This document shows positions 1 to 11,789 of a stretch of DNA of 64,000 bases, one piece after another. Within the stretch, counting starts at the first letter, position 1, and each line of letters starts with the position of its first letter. The DNA lies in the NCBI GenBank assembly GCA_964016885.1, contig OZ024742.1, positions 275,528,001 to 275,592,000 of the forward strand. Reading direction: 5' to 3'. The translations under genes were made by a program, and so were the position numbers. This DNA is from Eledone cirrhosa. Taxonomy: Eukaryota. Under the pieces are notes generated by a model. That model was not told the origin of the DNA and did not search any database. It was given only the letters and a program-made list of their open reading frames with translations.

Positions 1-27
1 TCCCTGGAAGATACTTCTCTTGATCTT
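1..27 (-). mobile_element. 5'-truncated end of a Dong/R4-type LINE continuing outside the window
   Basis: TCCCTGGAAGATACTTCTCTTGATCTT matches 3041-3067 with one mismatch (KIKRGIFQG RT motif on minus); abuts (TTA)n. Confidence 0.65.
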
Positions 28-40
28 ATTATTATTGATC

Positions 41-70
<30 letters not shown>

Positions 71-72
<2 letters not shown>

Positions 73-1130
73 GTTGCATTTATCTTGCTCTATGTTCATA
101 CGAGTTATCACCAAGTCACAAGTGACCTCAAGAGACAACAAGGTCCGCCATGTTCAAGAAAGAACATACATACACACACATGCATCTTTAGGTGTTTAGA
201 CTTGTAATGTACTTATATTGACAGAATCTTCCTTAGTATATGGGCAGTTCCCATTAGTACTATCTTTTGTATTTCTCCTGGGATTTGCGATAAGTAATAA
301 TTAGACCCCTTAGGTATCATTCCTAGAGCGCCTACAACCACTGGTATTGTTTTAGTTCTCAATTTCCACATTTTTCCAATTTCTATCTCCAGGTCCTTAT
401 ACTTGCTCAATTTTTCAAATGTTTTTATAGATACATTCTTGTCTATTGGAACGGACATATCAATTAGCAGGCATACCCTCTTTTTAAAGTCTTTCGGTAT
501 TATATCAGGTTTATTTGCATATATTTTTCGGTCTGTTTGGATGCTAAAGTTCCACACGATTGAGATGTGATCTTTTTCAAGTACGGAAGGTGGTTGATGC
601 TCCCACCAATTCTTTTGATGGGGCAGGTCAAAATGCTTATACATTATCCAATGTATGTATTGTGCAGCTCTGTCGTGCCTGTTTAGGTATTCGGTTGGAG
701 CTATAGGACTGCACATTGAAATTATATGATCAATGGTCTCTGGTTGTTTTTTGCATACACGGTATAATGGCTGGCATCCATTTTTTATTATGTTGGCTTG
801 GTAATTTTTTGTTGGCAGACACTGATCTTGTGCTGATATAATTAGTCCTTCAGTCTCCGATTTCAGTCCAGAGGATGCCAACCACTGATGGGTTAAAGTT
901 TTGTCAACATCAGGATTGTTAGCTCTTTCTGGGTATTTTCCATACAGAGGCTTTTCTTGCCATTTCTTAGCCAGTTCCTGTAGCAGTTCTTTCTTTGCAG
1001 TTACTTTTACCTACTTTGCTTTTTCTGTGTTTTCCATCTCAACAGTAAATGGAACTTCTGAAATTTGTAGTCCATTACTGTATCTTTGTGCATCTTTTGT
1101 AATGGAGTATGATCTTTTGATGCTTTCGTG

Positions 1131-1131
<1 letters not shown>
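71..1131 (-). mobile_element. Dong/R4-clade non-LTR retrotransposon, 3' fragment (zinc knuckle + restriction-like endonuclease)
   Basis: ORF 213-881: ETEGLIISAQDQ, degenerate CCHC (RVCKKQPETIDHIISMC), RHD, NKPDI..LLIDMSVP..KLSKYKDL, PVVVGALG; flanked by (TTA)n on both sides. Confidence 0.9.
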
Positions 1132-1180
<49 letters not shown>

Positions 1181-1365
1181 GGGCGGTGGATTGGCAGTAT
1201 TGGTAGAGGGTCGGACGCCATGCTTTCCAGCATAGTTACGTCCCTTTACGATCTGAGTTCAAATCCCGCCGAGGTTGACTTTGCCTTTCATCCTTACGGG
1301 GTAGATAAAATAAAGTACCAGTAATGCACTGGGTAATTGCTGGCATTGTGCCTAAAGTAGAAACA

Positions 1366-1366
<1 letters not shown>
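1181..1366 (+). mobile_element. tRNA-derived SINE with (ATT)n tail
   Basis: A-box-like TGGCAGTATTGG, B-box GAGTTCAAATCC, core GTTGACTTTGCCTTTCATCC; near-identical copy at 11395-11569. Confidence 0.8.
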
Positions 1367-1412
<46 letters not shown>

Positions 1413-1414
<2 letters not shown>

Positions 1415-3234
1415 CTTGAATCTCAGTCATTGATGTTGGTTAACTGGAAAGTCCGTTGGAATGAATATCAAGCCACTACCTGCAGCCTCAGATATTAAGG
1501 ACGTATCGGAGGGTTCTTGCTGTTCCCAGCAAGCATGCCTTTTGAAGCGTTCCAAAAAGCGTGAAGGGGCCGATTTTCTTTAACCATCCCTGGAAATTTT
1601 TGGAGATAGTCCCCAGTGCGCCTATGACAATCGGGATCACTTTGACTTCATGGCAGTTCCAAATCCTTTTTACCTCCCACTTTAAGTCTTGGTATCGGTT
1701 AATTTTCTCCCTCTCCTTCTCTTGCACTCTCGTGTCGAATGGGCAGGCCACATCCACAATCAGACACGCTCTTTTTTCTTTGTCCACAACCACCAGGTCA
1801 GGTCTATTGTGTTCCAGTTTCTTGTCCGTCTGTATCCTAAAATCCCACAGCACCTTCACCTGATCGTTCTCCATCACCGCCTCTGGCCTATGCTCATACC
1901 ATTTCTCAGAATGTGGTAAATTGTTTACTTTGCACAGGTGCCAGTGGATCACCCTGCCCATCACATCATGTCTCCAGCCCTTATAGTGGGTCTGGGCTAG
2001 GTGTTTACACTCGGATACAATGTGAGCCACAGTCTCCTCTCTCCACAGATCCTGCACAGTGGGCTAGCCTCCTCCTTGTAAATATGGTGTTTCAACCACT
2101 TCGTTTTGAGGGCCTGCTCCTGCGCAGCCATTAACATTCCTTCTGTAGCCTTTTTGAGGTCTCCTCTTCTCAACCAGTTCCATGTCTGTGGATCTCTAAA
2201 TTCAGTTTTCTCAAAGAAGGTACTATGAAGGGATTTTCCTTGAAGGCTGCTCTTTCTCCTTGATGTTATTTCCTCCTTGGACATCCCCTGGCCTACTGTC
2301 CCCACCTTCAGTACAGTTCTGAGCATTGGCTCCTTACTATCAGTCACGTATTTGTATAGGTTGTTTTTCTCCATCTGAACACAGTCCTCTATGCTGATAA
2401 GACCTCTTCCACCCTCAGATCTCCTTAGGTAGAGTCTATCGACATCACTCCTCTTGTGGAACATGTTGTAGATAGTCAATAGCTTCCTAGTCTTCCTATC
2501 CATTTCTTTTTGTTCAGCAACATTCCATCTCAGAATTCCCGCACTGTACCTAATAATAGACACAGCTCGGGAATTTACTGCGCTTATGGCATTTCTGCTG
2601 TTCAGATGTGACTTCAATACGCTCCTTACTCTCCGAATGTATTCAGTTCTTAACAATTCCTTCATTTTTTTGTTCTTTATGCCATCAGCCTCCAGAACGC
2701 CCAAATACTTGTATCCTTCCTCAGAGTCAATTTCCTTTATCATCTCACCTGTTGGTATCTGGATTCCGTTACTTCTGCTCAACCTACCCCTCCTCATCAC
2801 AATGACTCCACACTTACTAATACCAAACTGCATACGTATATCACTGCTGAAAATGCGGACAGTGTCAACAAGCACATCCAACTCCTTCTCACTCTTCCCG
2901 AAAAGCTTAAGATCGTCCATGAAGAGGAGGTGATTGATGGTAAGCTCTCCCTTTCCCAACTTGTATCCTGCTCTCACTTTTCGCAGCATAATGGTCAAGG
3001 GCATCAGGGCAAGGACAAACAACAGAGGGGACAGGCTATCTCCCTGGAAGATACCTCTCTTGATCTTCACGCTTCCCAAGGATTCTCCAGTTGATGTCAA
3101 CGCTGTCTCCCAGGACCCCATACTCCTGCCAGCAACTGTCTGATGTTATATGCCACCTTGAAGTTCTCCAGGCTTTTGGTGATCCAAGAGTGAGACACCA
3201 TGTCAAATGCCTTTCTGTAGTCTATCCATCCCAT
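1413..3234 (-). mobile_element. Dong/R4-clade LINE, 5'-truncated, frameshifted RT + CCHC + REL endonuclease
   Basis: ORF 1997-3121 (GIFQGDSLSPLLF, HLLFMDDLK) continues by frameshift into 1488-2057 (CRIC..ETVAHIVSEC, NRPDLVV..IVDVACP); WIDYRKAFD at ~3200-3230; 3' end in (TAA)n. Confidence 0.92.
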
Positions 3235-3442
3235 GGCGACCTACGTAGTAAATCGTATCATCGTGAGCTCCGCAAAGGTTTGTTATTTCCGTTTGTTAAA
3301 AATTGCCATTTATGGAAAATTTTATTGTTAACTGTTTATAAGCACACATACATTGTTTTCCGAAAAGGACACCCAAAAAGATTGGGGCCTTGTGCCCAAA
3401 ATTTTAACTTTTATTATTATCCAAAAATTTCTTTGAAAAAAA

Positions 3443-5441
3443 ATGGCTAATTCCCCTCTGCACGAAGCAGCTGAAAGCCTTCCTCACAAAATAACACCTC
3501 ACACCGACACCACCATTGTAAATGTTACTACGTTTGCCAACACAAAAAATATAAGCAGTAGCAATATTTTAAATTTGTCTCAGGCAGACATTCATTTCCC
3601 GCCATTACCAATGACTGCAGGTGTTAAAGCCTCCACCACCACCACCACCGCGACAACCACCACCCCCACCACCACCGCGACAACAGAAACAAAAGAAGAA
3701 AAAAATAAATTAACTCGTGATGTCGAAATGAAATTAAGCAAAATGGACTCTTCCGCACCAAAGACGACTGACGTCACCACCACCACAACTGAAACTAAAA
3801 TTAATATTAACATAAATAACGATAGCAACAACAACAACAATGACATTATAAAACCGACCCTCAGTTTCGCCATAGTGGCAAAACAATTCGAAGCATTCAC
3901 GGTAACTCAAGAGGATTTAGAAAATGCCAAACAAATGGTAAAGAAAGATGGGTACAGGGTCAGCCTCATCCCCCCCCCCCCCACCTAATAAAATGGAGCA
4001 TCGGCGCCTATGCACCGTGTCGTATAGAACAATAAATGTAAAATCGCGCCGAGTGGAACGGGCATCCGAGTCCCAAATCCAAAAAGCTTTGGGACATGTG
4101 TGGGCAAGAAAAACCCACATCAGACGTGGGCAAAAGTATGGAACCGTGGATGTGTTCTTTGAAACACCAGAGGAGGCTAGAGAACACTCCATGGCCCCAT
4201 TAAAAAGTGACGACTTCACACTCGTCCCAAGCTATTGTGGCCAGAGACTCGTAAAGATCAGGGTGACCCACGTTCCACCGGCCATCGAAATTCCCTGGCT
4301 AATAGCGGCTGTCCTCGCCGGCATCGAAGCCAACACGAAAATAATAGCAATAGCAAAAGAAAAGCAGGAAAACTGGTCCGGATCTGGGATGGAGCTCCTA
4401 ATCCAAGCGGACCAAAAAAGCATTGAGGAGATCCCAGAGGTAATAGACCTCACTGACGGCAGCCACCTCACGGTAATTGTCGAGGGCAGAAGACCTAGGT
4501 GTGTCGTTTGTGGTGAAGGAACCCACCTAAGGGCTTTCTGCCCTCAGGCTAAAAGGTTGAGGCCACCTCTCCTACCCACCCCAGTGACACAACCATCAAC
4601 ACCACCAGTAGCAGAGATGGCAGCAACAACTGTAGCAACAACAACAGAAGCAACTATAACAGCAACAACCCCAGCAACAGTAGCAAAACCAACACCAATA
4701 CCACCACCAGCAAAACCAACACCACCACCACCCAACGCTTCAGAACTAGCACCAGCGCCTACACCATCCACCACACCACAACCAAAACTAACGGCTGTGG
4801 AGGATTTTCCACTCCCCGGCCTATCACAACTGGAGACAGATTGTGACGACGAGGAGTGGGAAACGATATCCGGAAAAAAAAAAAGAAACCAAAAAAGAAA
4901 AAATTCTCTTCCTTCCCCCTCCAAAAACAAAATACAGAGGGAAACAAATAAACTAAGAAACAAAAAAGTTAGGACAGATATGCCACCATCCACACCAGCA
5001 TCACCAACCCCATCAACCCAAACACCAACACCATCACCATCATTAACTCCAACACCACCATCACCTACACCACAAAAGTCACCAAAATGCGAGACAGAAA
5101 CAAACCCACAACAAACGCAAACAAAACAAAACAACCAAAACGATACACACTACACAGCATTAAATTTGAACAACAAGCAATTATTACACTACATCCAACA
5201 CAACACCAGCATCACAGAAAAAGACTACACAACAACCCCAAAATTCACACCACCTCCACACATACAAATCACTCGCATCACACAGAAAACGTACATGACA
5301 CTAAAACAAAAATTCCCCAAAGACATCGGAGACTTCCGACAAGCACTCTCCAGGAGGATTTATAAGGACATCCTTCCTGAGGAGGCCACAAGCAGTGAAA
5401 AGGATGGAAAAACCGTCCTTCCCCTACGAGAAGTAAGGTAA
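3443..5441 (+). CDS. LINE ORF1 (gag-like nucleic-acid-binding protein), split into 3443-3988 and 3948/3993-5441 at a poly-C run
   Basis: RRM-like segment then CVVCGEGTHLRAFC (CX2CX4HX4C) and a Pro/Thr-rich tail. Confidence 0.8.
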
Positions 5442-5475
5442 GTGGTCTTTCCCATCTTTTCCACTCCTTTTCAAC

Positions 5476-8400
5476 ATGACCTCACTCAGAATAGGCAGCA
5501 TAAATGCGCGTGGCTTGGGGTCGTCATGGAAGCAGGGCCACCTGCTCAACGACCTCAGGTCACTAAACATAGATGTAGTGGCCATCAGCGAGACCAGAAT
5601 CTCCGAAGCACAGGCTTTCGCACCGATCTTCGGCGGCTACGATGTGTACGCATTTCCCAGCCGTCCTGGATCGGGGGGAGGAGTTGCTGTGCTTTTTCGG
5701 AGAGGTTTGGATCTTGCCATACGGGCCATCTTCCTGGACCCAGAAGGTAAGTTGGTGGTGCTGGACGTGACCAGCGGAGACAGGCAAGCTTTCAGGTTAG
5801 TGGCCGTCTATGCCCCGACGAGCAGGGCGGCCTGATTTCTTCCGGCGTCTGGAGACTTTTCTTGGAACGTCCCGCTCTTTAGTGTTAGTGGGCGACTGGA
5901 ACGGGATCTTAGATGCACGCTGGGATTGTGTGGGATTAGTGGATAGGGAAGGAGGGTGCAAGAGTCTCACCAACCTTCTCAGACGTTTTGAACTGTCTGA
6001 CAGGTACCGAATGGATTTCCCGAATGTACCAATGTGGACTTGGACAAATCGCATAGGGTCATCCAGATCATATCTAGATAGAGTATTTTGTAGGGAAATA
6101 GATAAGTCTAGCATAGGCTGTCCACAATTCAAGATAGTCAGCTACACGGACCACAAATTCGTGATCTGTGTGCTTGACTTAGATAGGCTTCATAGGCGAG
6201 GACCCGGCTACTGGAAGCTAAACGCGTCCTTACCAGCGCGCAAGGCCTACAGAGACCGGATTAGCGAACTAGTTAAGCGGGCGCTGACGGGGGCCATCGT
6301 CAACAACAAGTGGTGGTTTGCTCTGAAAAGAGCAATTAGAATAGAGTCCATTAGGTTTAGTAAGGCTTTAGCAATAGAGAAAAATAGAGCAGAGGGAGAA
6401 CTAGTTAGAAAATTAGATGAGGCGCTTAGCAAAGGCATCGCGACCGATGTGCTTGCGGCGAAATTGGCCCTTGACCAATTCTTCAATGCAATGCACGAAG
6501 GCTGCGTTGTCAGAGCTAGGGGGCGTGCTCTCAGACACGAGGGGACGAAAGCCGTTCAATGGGCCCGAGTGACGGAGGCGCGTCGTGGCAACAAAGCCAC
6601 GATCCGGTCTTTGGTGGACCACGACGGGCGCATGCTACTCGATCCCAGGCAAATGTGTGAAGCTTTTCAGCGACACTTCGCTCAACTGTTCGGGGGCAGT
6701 GGCGGGCCGGATCGAGGGATGGACTTTAGTGTCTACCTCGACGGACTGCTGCGGCTCTCGGCCATTGAGGCGGAGTGTTGCGAAAAGCCGATAACAGCAG
6801 CTGAAGTACGGGAGGCAATGACTGGCTGCACAAGGGGTAAATCGCCTGGTTTGGATGGTCTGCCCTATGAACTTTACGTACAGATGTCAGACTTGTTCGG
6901 AGGCCTCTTGGCTGACGTCTACTGCAACTGGCAACAGAACGGGAGAATTCCCAGCTCTGTGAGCCGAGGAGCGGTGGCTCTGTTGAGAAAGGATCCGAAC
7001 AAGGGGGATAACATAGATAATTTCAGGCCCATAACTCTGCTAAACACAGAGTTCAAGATTTTGGCCAAGGTGCTAGCAAAGAGGTTGGCGCTTGTCGTTG
7101 GTGGTCTGGTGGGAGAGGCACAGACATGCGCCATTCCCGACAGATCCATCCACGACAACCTCCACCTCATGCGATACATCGTAGAGAGGGTAGCTAGGGT
7201 ACCTGGCAAGGGCGGGTCTTTGATCAATTTAGATCAATCGAAAGCCTTCGATAGGGTCGACCATCGTTACCTAGCGGCAGTCCTGAGGGCGGCTGGCTTT
7301 GGGCCCGTCTTCAGAGGCTGGATCGCTGCCATGCACAGCGACATCTGCTCTGTAGTGAGAGTGAACGGTCACCTTTCGGAACCGTTCAACATCATGCGCT
7401 CGGTCCGCCAAGGATGTCCCCTCTCGTCCCTATTGTACGTATTGACTCTCGAGCCATTACTGCACAAACTGGAGACGTTGAGGGGGGTCCCGCGTGAACT
7501 AGGATGCGGAAGATCCGTGTCAGCATATGCCGACGATGTCACCGTAGTGGTGTCGAACGCCAAACACATCGAGGCGATCGGCACTACACTAAGAGAATAC
7601 GAAGCGGTGACAGGAGCAATGATCAACCAGGAAAAGTCAGTGGGCCTGCAGCTCGGCACCTGGAGAGGCAGGTCCATGCCGTCCAACAGCGTCGTCGGGC
7701 GCTGGACAGACGGACCGGTTAAATTGCTAGGGGTCTGGTTCGGTCCAGACCTCCAGACGGACAAAAACTGGGACGAGGTGACGAGCAGGGTGGCTTCTCT
7801 CACCCAGAAATGGGCCGAGAGGAAGCTATCCCTGAAAGGTCGAGCGGAGGTGGCTAACGCGTACATCAAGTCCGTCATCTACTACCGCCTGACCGTCGTA
7901 CCTTGTCCTAAGCTCCGCCTGACTGCGCTGGAGCGTTTGCTCTTTCGCTTCTTGTGGAAGGGACGCGCTCCGATGGTCAGGCGGTCCATCTGCTGTCAAC
8001 ACCCGCTACGTGGAGGGCTGGACATGCCGTGGCTGATGATGCGCAGAAACGCGCTCAGGCTACGACATCTCCACCTCTTCCTCGACGGTGATCAGGTGTG
8101 GTCGCCGTTTGCTAGACGCGTTTTTCCCCAGCTCGTCTCCTTGACGGAGCCGCAGTCCTGGGTCAAGCGAAGACCGAGAGGGAGCGCTTGGAGACTGGAA
8201 TGTCTTCAGGCGCTCACAGCCCTCGACCAATCGGGCAATGTGATCGGTGGAAACTCCACCTTAGCGTTCTATAGGGGATTAGTGGAGGGGAAGAGCGACG
8301 ACGTACTTGGAGAAACTCTCGGCGTCGACGAAAATCAACTAGCCAATCTCTTCGGAAGGACTTTCGGGCCGGGGTCTATGGATAACTTCCAGAAATCCCT

Positions 8401-8893
8401 GGCCTGGCAGTGCTACCGAGGAGCTTTGCCAGTTCGGGATAAACTCTACAGGCATGGAGGTGTCGTCAGCCGGGCATGTCCGAGATGCGCGCAGGGCGAC
8501 GAAACCGTCCTTCACGCACTTGTCCAGTGTCCGAGCATTGCTGACTTGTGGGTTTATGTCGAACACCTGCTGTCACGTGTAGGACGGATCCAGCTATCAG
8601 CTGAGTCCATCGTGAGGATTGCCCCGCCCCCTTCCTTTAGCCGGGAAGGGCAGGCAGTTTTTATCTGTCTGGTGGCCATGGCGAAAGAGATAGTATGGTG
8701 GACACGTTTGAAAGGGCTGAAGACGAGCACTTACCTCATCGGTGATGCCCTGATTAACTTTTTCAAATTTCATTTGAAAAGGAAAATCAGGGTAGAGAGG
8801 GAAGTGCTCTCTTCCCAGCATTTTGTTGAAAGATGGGTGAGAGAAGCAAGTATGGCCCGAATGAATGGGCCTTCTCTGAGTATGTGTCTGTAA
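5476..8893 (+). pseudogene. LINE ORF2: APE endonuclease + reverse transcriptase + C-terminal Cys/His motif, one frameshift near 5830
   Basis: SINARGL, ISETR, VGDWNG, YLDRVF, YTDHKF (APE); KSPGLDG, FRPITLLN, LDQSKAFDRV, RQGCPLS, AYADD (RT); CPRC..ETVLHALVQC. Confidence 0.93.
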
Positions 8894-9135
8894 ATTAAAG
8901 GTGGAAAACTGGGAGAGGGCACTTGCCCTGGTGGTCAGGGCCACTGTGGTCTTTTAATGGGCTTTCTCCACAAATGTCCCTCGGAAGTCTCCCCCCTATT
9001 GGGGAATTTTTCTTTGTTATTTTATTTCAACCTCTGTTTTTTTACACGCAGAAATGCCCATTTGTACCGTCCTGTATTGTCCTGTACTGTCCTTAATGTC
9101 TACTTTATGTAAACCCTTGTGGTTAATAAAGAAAA

Positions 9136-9169
<34 letters not shown>

Positions 9170-11247
9170 GGCGACCTATGTAGGAAATCGTATTATCGTG
9201 AGCGCCGCAAAGGTTTGTTGTTTTCAGTTGTTTTAAATTGCCATTTAAGGAAAATTTTTGTTGTTAAGTGTTTATAAGTTCACATATATTGCTTTCGGAA
9301 AAGGATACTCAAAAAGATTTAAACTTTTATAATTATCAAACAAAAATTTCTTTGAAAAAATCATGGACGACTCACAGCCACACCAGGCTGACGACCTTCC
9401 TCTCAAACTAACACCTCACACCAACACCACCATTGTAAATATTACTACGTTTGCCAACACTAAAAGTATAAGCAGTAGCAATAATTAAAATTTGTCTCAT
9501 GCAGACATTCATTTCCCGCCATTACCAAAAACTGCAGGTGTTAAAGCCGCCGCCACCACCACCACCACCACAGCGACAACAGAAACAAAAGAAAAAAATA
9601 AATTATTATCTCGTGACATCGAAATGGATTCACCCAGTATCGACTCTTCCACACCGAACACCACTTACGCCACCACCACCACAACTGAAACTAAAAATAA
9701 CAATAACAAAAATAACAATAACAACAGCAACAACAATGAGAATAACAACAAAAACATCAACACAATATGTCATTTGCCAAAGCAGCCAAGAAGTGCGAAA
9801 AAATCGAGGTAACTCAGGAGGAATTAAATGAAGCCAAGAGAATGGTAAAGAAAGATGGGTACAGGGTCAGCCCCCCCCCCCCTCACCCCACCTAATAAAA
9901 TGGAGCATCGGCGCCTATGCACCGTGTCTTATCGGACGATTAACACAAAATCGCGCCGAGTGGAACGGGCATCCGAGTCCCAAATCCAAAAAGCTTTGGG
10001 ACATGTGTGGGCGAAAAAAACCCACAGCAGACGTGGGCAGAAATATTGAACCGTGGACGTGTTCTTTGGAACACCCCAGGAGGCCAGAGAGCACTCCATG
10101 GCCCCATTAAGAAGCGACGACGTCCCAAGCTATTGTGGCCAGAGACTCGTGAAGATCAGGGTGACCCACGTTCCACCGGCCATCGAAATTCCTTGGCTAA
10201 TGGCTGCCGTCCTCGCCGGCATCGAGGCCAACACCAAAATAATTGAAATATCAAAAGAAAAGCAGGAGAACTGCTCCGGATCTGGGATAGAAGACCTAGG
10301 TGTGTCGTTTGTGGTGAAGGAACCCACCTAAAGGCTTTCTGCCCTCAGGCTAAAAAGTTGAGGCCACCTCTTTTACCCACCCAGTGACTCAACCATCAAC
10401 ACCACCAGCAGCAGAAATGGTAGCAACAACTATAGCAGCAACAACAGAAGCAGCAACAACGCCAGCAACAGTAGCAAAACCAACACCACCACCAACCACC
10501 GCGCCAGAACTAGCACCAGCGCCTCCACCATCCACCACGCCACAACCACAACCAACGCCTGCAGAGGATTTTCATTTCCCCGACCTATCGCAACTGGAGA
10601 CAGATTGTGACGACGAAACGGTCCTGCACGCACACGTCCAGTGTCCGAGCATTGCTGACTTGTGGGTTTATGTCGAACACCTGCTGTCGCGTGTAGGACG
10701 GATCCAGCTATCAGCTGAGTCCATCGTGAGGATTGCCCCGCCCTCTTCCTTTAGCCGGGAAGGGCAGACAATTTTTATCTGTCTGATGGCCATGGCGAAA
10801 GAGATAGTATGGTGGACACGTTTGAAAGGGCTGAAGACGAGTACTTACCTCATCAGTGATGTCCTGATTAACTTTTTCAAATTTCATTTGAAAAGGAAAA
10901 TCAGGGTAGAGAGGGAAGTGCTCTCTTCCCAGCATTTTGTTGAAAGATGGGTGAGAGAAGCAAGTATGGCCCGAGTGAATGGGCCTACACTGAGTATGTG
11001 TCTGTAAATTAAAGGTGGAAAACTGGGAGAGAGCACTTGCCCTGGTGGTCAGGGTCACTGTGGCTTTTTAATGGGCTTTCTCCACGAATGTCCCTCGGAA
11101 GTCTCCTCCCTATTGGGGAATTTTTCATTGTTATTTTTTTGTTACATCCTGTTTTTATTTTTTACACGCAGAAATGTTCCGTCCTGTATTGTCCTGTACT
11201 GTCTTAATGTCTACTTTATGTAAACCCTTGTGGTTAATAAAGAAAGC
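9170..11247 (+). mobile_element. Internally deleted, non-autonomous copy of the same Tx1-like LINE
   Basis: Homologous to 3235-4852 and then 8497-9136; ORF1 has stops and frameshifts; ends AATAAAGAAAGC(ATT)n. Confidence 0.92.
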
Positions 11248-11261
11248 ATTATTATTATTAT

Positions 11262-11378
11262 TATTATTTCAACCTCTGTTTTTTTACACGCAGAAATGCC
11301 CATTTGTACCGTCCTGTATTGTCCTGTACTGTCCTTAATGTCTACTTTATGTAAACCCTTGTGGTTAATAAAGAAAAC
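11262..11378 (+). mobile_element. Third, very short 3' fragment of the Tx1-like LINE
   Basis: Essentially identical to ~9022-9136; between (ATT)n runs. Confidence 0.88.
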
Positions 11379-11394
11379 ATTATTATTATTATTA

Positions 11395-11569
11395 TTGGCA
11401 GTATCGGTAGAGGGTCGGACGCCATGCTTTGCAGCATAGTTACGTCCCTTTACGATCTGAGTTCAAATCCCGCCGAGGTTGACTTAGCCTTTCATCCTTA
11501 CGGGGTCGATAAAATAAAGTACCAGTAATGCACTGGGTAATTGCTGGCCTTGTGCCTAAAGTAGAAACA
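11395..11569 (+). mobile_element. tRNA-derived SINE, second copy
   Basis: Only a few substitutions relative to 1190-1366; (ATT)n tail. Confidence 0.8.
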
Positions 11570-11586
11570 ATTATTATTATTATTAC

Positions 11587-11652
<66 letters not shown>

Positions 11653-11789
11653 ATAATAATAATAATAATATATATATATATATATATATGCGTACGGGCA
11701 TATACATACATATATACACACACACATATGCATATATAAATATATATATATACACATGCATAGACACATACGCGTGCATATACATATAC

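Larger units (their letters stand above)
3235..9136 (+). mobile_element. Near full-length Tx1/L1-clade LINE (~5.9 kb) ending in (ATT)n
   Basis: 5' end GGCGACCTA shared with copy at 9170; ORF1 with CCHC knuckle; ORF2 APE-RT-Cys; 3' end AATAAAGAAAAC(ATT)n. Confidence 0.93.

Noticed and set aside
1181-1275. tRNA gene
   Set aside because: A and B boxes only, with no cloverleaf; this is a SINE head.
1181-11569. Two SINE copies as LTRs or a target-site duplication bracketing a composite element
   Set aside because: They have Pol III boxes, (ATT)n tails and different 5' ends; independent insertion into the same microsatellite is simpler.
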